Source: Spirochaetia bacterium
Lineage (GTDB): Bacteria > Spirochaetota > Spirochaetia > SZUA-6 > Bin103
Reading direction: 5' to 3'
Assembly (NCBI GenBank): GCA_965203055.1
Contig: OZ241863.1
Coordinates: 2,048,001 to 2,112,000, forward strand
Length of the DNA: 64,000 nt
Position 1 is the stretch's first letter; each line of letters opens with the position of its first letter. Both the position numbers and the translations under genes were made by a program. The notes beneath the pieces are model-generated. The model made no database searches. It was given only the letters and a program-made list of their open reading frames with translations, and was not told the DNA's origin. Shown here piece by piece: positions 59,296-64,000 of this stretch.

Positions 59296-60075
59296 ATGGT
59301 CGACACGGCAACTCCCGCCGGTCTGAAAGATCTGGTGCGAGACGGGTTCGTTCTGGTACCCGGCGCCCTCGATTCCGAAACGGTGGCGGTGTGGAAACGC
59401 ACCCTCTACGACCTGCACCGCCGCGGCCTGAACGAGATCGACAACAGCGTCGGCAACGTGGCCTTCGAGAGTCTGCTGCGGCTGGAGCCGGAGCTGTCGC
59501 GGGGCCTGATCGGCCACGCCAGCACGGCGCCCTATCTCAAGGCGATGCTTGGCCGGCAATGCCAGCTCCGGTCGTTGCGCGCGCACCTCAACCCGCGCGC
59601 CTACCGCCAGGAGTGGCACATGGACTTCGCCGACTACCACTACCAGGAGCGCAACGCCGAGGCCGAGCGGCCGCTGCGCGCCCTGTGCATGAACACAACC
59701 TTCTATCTTACGGACAACACGCCCGAGCGGGGCCGGCTGACGTTCCTGACGAACTACGTCGACCGCCGGCTGCCGGAGGAACTGTTGCCGCACATCCACT
59801 ACACCGACGACCGCAGCAACCCGTTCCAGGCGTGGTGCGACGCGCAGCCGCAGGAGCATCTCTATCCGCGCGCCGGCGACGCCATCGTGTTCCTCGCCCA
59901 CGTCCCGCACCAGGGGGTCAAGTTCGGCGACGACCCGGAAGACGACATCCGCGCCAACTTGGTGCTGCACTACCAGCAGAACCCGATGTATCCGGGCATC
60001 AAATTCGTCAGCACGCCCGACTTCACGCTGCACGCGCTCGGCTACGCCGGCACCTTCCCCTTCGCAACGGAGTAA
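59296..60075 (+). CDS. Phytanoyl-CoA dioxygenase (PhyH)-like protein
   Basis: DGFVLV, WHMD, FYLTD, AGDAIVF…PHQG. AGGAGG RBS. Confidence 0.8.
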   Translation: MVDTATPAGLKDLVRDGFVLVPGALDSETVAVWKRTLYDLHRRGLNEIDNSVGNVAFESLLRLEPELSRGLIGHASTAPYLKAMLGRQCQLRSLRAHLNPRAYRQEWHMDFADYHYQERNAEAERPLRALCMNTTFYLTDNTPERGRLTFLTNYVDRRLPEELLPHIHYTDDRSNPFQAWCDAQPQEHLYPRAGDAIVFLAHVPHQGVKFGDDPEDDIRANLVLHYQQNPMYPGIKFVSTPDFTLHALGYAGTFPFATE

Positions 60076-60149
60076 TCAGGGTTCCTCGCCCATGCCGGGC
60101 CAGAGTCCGCCGCGAGGCAGGCAGGCGGCTGGCAGGCAGCGCCCGCCGG

Positions 60150-60178
60150 TTGACCGACCGACCGCGCCGCCGTAGCGT
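60150..60178 (+). promoter_or_regulatory. Putative sigma70 promoter, probably giving a leaderless yfiT mRNA
   Basis: TTGACC, 17 bp spacer, TAGCGT, then 6 nt to ATG 60185. Confidence 0.55.
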
Positions 60179-60184
60179 GAGAGC

Positions 60185-60751
60185 ATGCAAGGCCAGTCAC
60201 CTGCCGCCGATGGGAATCACGATAGCGAAGAAGGGCTCCGGTACCCGATCGGTCGGTTTCGCGAGGACCCGCAGCCGACCCCGGAGAAGCGCGAGCGTTG
60301 GATCGACAGCATCGCTGCCCTGCCGGGCGAGGTGCGGACGCTGGTGCAGGGTCTCGCCGACCGGCAGCTCGACACTCCATACCGTCCCGGCGGCTGGACG
60401 GTGCGGCAGGTGGTGCACCATCTGGCCGACAGCCACCTGAATGCCTACTGCCGTACCAAGTTGGCCCTGACCGAAGAGGTACCGACCATCAAGCCCTACG
60501 ACCAGGTAGCGTGGGCGACGCTGCCCGATACCCGCTCGGCGCCGCCGGAGGCGTCGCTGGACCTGCTGCAGGGGCTGCACACGCGTTGGGTAGCGGTGTT
60601 GCGGACCCTGGACGAGACGGCGTTGCAGCGGAAGCTGCACCATCCGGAAGATGGCATGCTCACCGTCAGCCGAATCATCCAGAGCTACGCGTGGCACGGT
60701 CGCCACCACCACGCGCACATCGCCAACCTGCGCTCCCGCAAGGGGTGGTGA
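60185..60751 (+). CDS. yfiT: YfiT/DinB-family metal-dependent thiol transferase
   Basis: LRYPIG, LDTPYRPGGWTVRQVVHHLADSH, PTIKPYD, YAWHGRHH. Confidence 0.9.
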   Translation: MQGQSPAADGNHDSEEGLRYPIGRFREDPQPTPEKRERWIDSIAALPGEVRTLVQGLADRQLDTPYRPGGWTVRQVVHHLADSHLNAYCRTKLALTEEVPTIKPYDQVAWATLPDTRSAPPEASLDLLQGLHTRWVAVLRTLDETALQRKLHHPEDGMLTVSRIIQSYAWHGRHHHAHIANLRSRKGW

Positions 60752-60826
60752 CGGGGCCTCACCTCGCATGGACTCCGCACCGGAGGCGCGCCCAGGGGCG
60801 ATGAGCAGTCCCGGGGAGGATTGTCA

Positions 60827-62362
60827 ATGAACGAACCGGCCCTCATTCCGCGACCGATGGCGGTGGAACCCGGTTCCGGGAGCCTGCCGGTGAGCGATCG
60901 TACCGCGGTCCTGGCGGATGCGGCGAGCCGCACCGCCGCGGCGCTGCTCGCCGGGCTGCTGCCGCCGGCAGGCGGCGGGCCGCGGCCGGTGGGATCAGCC
61001 CGGCCGCAGCCCGCCCCCAACACCATCACCGTGGTCACTGACGGCGCTCGCGCCGACCTCGGCGACGAAGGCTACGAACTGGCGATCACGCCGCAGTATG
61101 CCATCGTGACCGGCCGCGAGCCGCGCGGTGTGGCGTGGGGCGTCCAGACGGTGCGCCAGTTGCTCGCCCCCGGCGCGGCTCAGGTCACCACCCTGCCGGC
61201 GTTGACCATCCGCGACCGCCCGCGCTTCGCGTGGCGCGGGCTGCACCTCGACGTGGCGCGCCACTTCTTTCCCGTTGCGTTCATCGAGCGGCTTCTCGAT
61301 CTGATGGCGCTCTACAAGCTCAACACCTTCCACTGGCACCTGACCGACGACCAGGGCTGGCGGCTGGAAGTCCGCTCCCGGCCGCGGCTGACGGAGATCG
61401 GCTCCCGGCGCGCCGCCACTCCCCTGCCCCACGACCGCAACCAATCGGACGGCACGCCGTATCACGGCCATTACTCGCAGGAGGAGGTGCGGCAGGTGGT
61501 GGCCTACGCGGCCGCGCGCGGCATCACGGTAGTGCCCGAAGTCGAGCTGCCCGGCCACTCCCTGGCGGCCCTGGCCAGCTACCCGGATCTCGGCTGCCGC
61601 GGCGCCGGCTACGAGACGGCGGTGAGTTGGGGGATCAAGCGCGACGTGCTATGCGCCGGGCGCGAGTCCACCTTCACCTTCCTGGAGGAGGTGCTGAGCG
61701 AGGTACTGGAGCTGTTCCCCGCCCGCTTCATCCACGTCGGCGGCGACGAGTGCCCCAAGCAGTGCTGGCGCGAGTGCCGGCACTGCCGGGCGCGCCGCGC
61801 GGCCGAGGGGCTGCGCGACGAAGACGAACTGCAGAGCTGGTTCATCCGCCGCATCGGCGCGTGGCTGGCGGCGCGCGGGAGGCGCCTGGTCGGCTGGGAT
61901 GAAATCCTGGAGGGAGGCTTGGCGCCCGGGGCGACGGTCATGAGCTGGCGCGGAATCGACGGCGGAGTGGCCGCAGCCGCCGCCGGCCACGACGTGGTGA
62001 TGACGCCCAACACCCACTGCTACTTCGACTACTATCAGTCGCGCGACGCCGCGGCCGAACCGCCGGCCATCGGCGGCTTCCTGCCGCTGGAGCAGGTCTA
62101 CGACTTCGATCCCGTTCCCCGCGCCATCGGCAGCGCCCGCGCCCGCCACGTGCTGGGCGTCCAGGGCAACATCTGGACCGAGTACATCCCCACCCCGACG
62201 CAGGTCGAATACATGGCGTTTCCCCGCGCCCTGGCGCTGGCGGAAGTAGGCTGGACCCCGGCGCCGCGCCGCTCGGCCGCCCACTTCCGGGACCGCCTGC
62301 AGCGGCACCGCCCCATGCTCGACCACCTCGGCGTCCGCTACCGGCCCTGGCAAGATCCTTGA
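60827..62362 (+). CDS. Beta-N-acetylhexosaminidase (GH20)
   Basis: DRPRFAWRGLHLDVARHF, HWHLTDDQGWR, HVGGDE, IWTEY. Confidence 0.95.
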   Translation: MNEPALIPRPMAVEPGSGSLPVSDRTAVLADAASRTAAALLAGLLPPAGGGPRPVGSARPQPAPNTITVVTDGARADLGDEGYELAITPQYAIVTGREPRGVAWGVQTVRQLLAPGAAQVTTLPALTIRDRPRFAWRGLHLDVARHFFPVAFIERLLDLMALYKLNTFHWHLTDDQGWRLEVRSRPRLTEIGSRRAATPLPHDRNQSDGTPYHGHYSQEEVRQVVAYAAARGITVVPEVELPGHSLAALASYPDLGCRGAGYETAVSWGIKRDVLCAGRESTFTFLEEVLSEVLELFPARFIHVGGDECPKQCWRECRHCRARRAAEGLRDEDELQSWFIRRIGAWLAARGRRLVGWDEILEGGLAPGATVMSWRGIDGGVAAAAAGHDVVMTPNTHCYFDYYQSRDAAAEPPAIGGFLPLEQVYDFDPVPRAIGSARARHVLGVQGNIWTEYIPTPTQVEYMAFPRALALAEVGWTPAPRRSAAHFRDRLQRHRPMLDHLGVRYRPWQDP

Positions 62363-62394
62363 CCAGGGAGGCGGCAAAGCCCAACACGGCCACG

Positions 62395-62742
62395 CTATGG
62401 GCGATTGTCGGCGTCACGGCGCAGGCTTTCGATGTTCGCGCCGTTCCCTCTCACATCGATCGCAACCTCTCCGATCTTCTCGTTCAGGGTGTCGATCTTC
62501 CCGCGGTTCTCTCTCATGTCGATGCGAGTCTCGTCAATCTTCTCGTTTATGCTCGTAACGGTCGCGCTAAGGGTGTCGATCTTCCCGGACAACCTCTCGC
62601 CAAGGGTGTTGATGTTCCCGACGATCCCATCGTGAGCTGCCTTTGCTTCCGCGCGGATGGCCTTACCTTGCATCATCACCATTGGCACCAATACGCCAAG
62701 GATGGCGGCTACGGCAACAGCACCGGCAATCCAAGTCTCCAT
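62395..62742 (-). CDS. Small membrane-anchored coiled-coil protein with internal KID repeats
   Basis: AGGAGG RBS; N-terminal TM segment; GKIDTL twice and NEKI twice. Confidence 0.7.
   Translation of the reverse strand: METWIAGAVAVAAILGVLVPMVMMQGKAIRAEAKAAHDGIVGNINTLGERLSGKIDTLSATVTSINEKIDETRIDMRENRGKIDTLNEKIGEVAIDVRGNGANIESLRRDADNRP
62486..62620. repeat. 18-bp direct repeat (two perfect copies, one degenerate) inside the small ORF
   Basis: AGGGTGTCGATCTTCCCG at 62486 and 62570; AGGGTGTTGATGTTCCCG at 62603. Confidence 0.8.
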
Positions 62743-63027
62743 CGGTCCACCTCCTACAGCGGGCCGGGGGCGGCCAATCTGTGGCCGCTTGATTCATGGA
62801 GCCGAGCATACCACGCGGCGCAGCAGGACGACAACGTGCCAGACTGCAGGCCAGACGCTCGCCAAGGCGCACGCTGGCGTCACCCGGTCCCACAAAATCA
62901 CCACCGGGCGCCGTCCCGCCAGTGTAGAGAGCTTCTCGGTCGATTCTGCACGCAACGGGGCCGGAGCGGTCTGCGGGCGGGCATGGTCGCCGCCGGGGGC
63001 GCAATACTCGCGCCGCGTCGCCGCGGC

Positions 63028-63756
63028 TTACCAGGCCAGGCTGATGCCGCGTTGGCGGAGGTCTTCGCGGCGGCGTTGGTAGTCGGGCAGGACGCGGCCG
63101 ACGGCCTGCCAGTAGTCGCGGCCGTGGCCGCGGTGGCGCAGGTGGACCAGCTCGTGGACCACGACGTAGTCGATCAGCCGCATGGGGGCCTGGATGATGC
63201 GCCAGTTCAGGCGGATGGTGCCGTTGCGGTCGCAGCTCCCCCACCGCTTCTGCTGATCGGAGATGACGACGCGCGGCAGCTCGACGCCGGCCTTCGCGCG
63301 CCAGGCCGCCACCCGTTCCGGCAACCGCGCGGCCGCGTGCCGGCGAAACCAGGCGACCAAGGCGGCGCGCACGTGCTCCGTCCGCTCCGCTCCGCGGGGC
63401 GCGGGTACGTGCAGCCAACCGCCGCGCAGCTTGGCGGCGCCGGTCTCCCCCCCATGCACCTTCAGGCGATAATGGCGGCCGAGATAGAGCACGCTCTCGC
63501 CGCTGACGAACTCGCGCGGCGCGGGCGGCGGGTCGTGGGACTGTACGTGACGCCGCCGTTGCGCAATCCACGGCGCCTTGCGCTGCACCAGCGCGTCCAG
63601 CCGGCTGGTGGAAAACTGTTCCGGCGCCACCAGCATCACGCTGCCGTCAGACGCCACCGTGACCGCTACGGTCTTCTTTCGCCGCCGGCTGCGGCGGATG
63701 GCGTACGCGAGCCGGGTCCCGCCCCAGGTAACGGCGGAGGTCTCGGCCGCGGTCAC
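63028..63756 (-). CDS. M48/YgjP (DUF45) metallopeptidase, type I R-M associated
   Basis: FVSGESVLYLG, KRWGSC, LNWRI, YVVVHELVH. Confidence 0.92.
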   Translation of the reverse strand: MTAAETSAVTWGGTRLAYAIRRSRRRKKTVAVTVASDGSVMLVAPEQFSTSRLDALVQRKAPWIAQRRRHVQSHDPPPAPREFVSGESVLYLGRHYRLKVHGGETGAAKLRGGWLHVPAPRGAERTEHVRAALVAWFRRHAAARLPERVAAWRAKAGVELPRVVISDQQKRWGSCDRNGTIRLNWRIIQAPMRLIDYVVVHELVHLRHRGHGRDYWQAVGRVLPDYQRRREDLRQRGISLAW

Positions 63757-64000
63757 GGGGCGGCCCGCACCTTGGCGAGATCGACGATGCCGGCGGCGAG
63801 CGCCTCCATGTCATCCGCCGGGAGCCCGCGGGCGCGCAGGTGCTGCTTGATCGTGCGCCGCATCTCGCGCTGCAGGTCCTCTTTCTGCCACCAGTCGACC
63901 AGTTTGGTGAACGGTTCGATCGCCTCATCGAGATCGGAAGCGAGGTCGCGGTTGCCCGCATCGTAGCCGGTGGCCTGCTCCTCCTCGATCTTGCCCGGGC
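63753..64000 (-). CDS. hsdR: Type I restriction endonuclease subunit R, C-terminal fragment
   Basis: Manual translation gives …LVDWWQKEDLQREMRRTIKQHL…IVDLAKVRAAP*. GTGA overlap with the M48 gene, the usual hsdR-M48 order. Confidence 0.7.
   Translation of the reverse strand, partial: PGKIEEEQATGYDAGNRDLASDLDEAIEPFTKLVDWWQKEDLQREMRRTIKQHLRARGLPADDMEALAAGIVDLAKVRAAP

Noticed and set aside
1..64000. CRISPR array, tRNA/rRNA genes, IS elements, integron attC array
   Set aside because: I saw no regularly spaced repeats, RNA-gene signatures, transposase or integrase. This was inspection by eye, so short elements could have been missed.

Overview
Very GC-rich bacterial window with no rRNA, tRNA, CRISPR array or transposase that I could recognise. 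The substrate-binding-protein N-termini (…WAAGEEE, …FAGGSDE, …WASGAEE) and the gene content resemble high-GC Spirochaetaceae MAGs; this is inference only. Two gene classes are interleaved. (1) Catabolism and uptake: a MoxR/DUF58/VWA (Bat-like) operon, NAD-dependent oxidoreductases, an FGGY kinase, five ABC cassettes (binding protein plus two permeases, none with an ATPase gene), four PhyH-family dioxygenases, an SDR, two MDR dehydrogenases, an HpcH-like aldolase, a VOC protein, a MocD-like desaturase, GH127, GH20 and YfiT. (2) Defence-type accessory genes: an IrrE-like protein with RloA/RloB, a Schlafen(AlbA_2)-HATPase with a ParA partner, a translationally coupled HEPN + KGGVGR-ParA + P-loop ATPase triad, two AAA-PD-(D/E)XK paralogues, a large solo type IIG/DrmMI-like methyltransferase, a type II R-M pair broken by three A-run frameshifts, and the 3' end of a type I R-M locus. 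The best candidates for novelty are the HEPN-ParA-ATPase triad (13113-16416) and an orphan NHLP/proteusin RiPP precursor with an aromatic-rich core carrying an XYG motif (18782-19093). All family assignments come from motif recognition by eye; no database searches were run.
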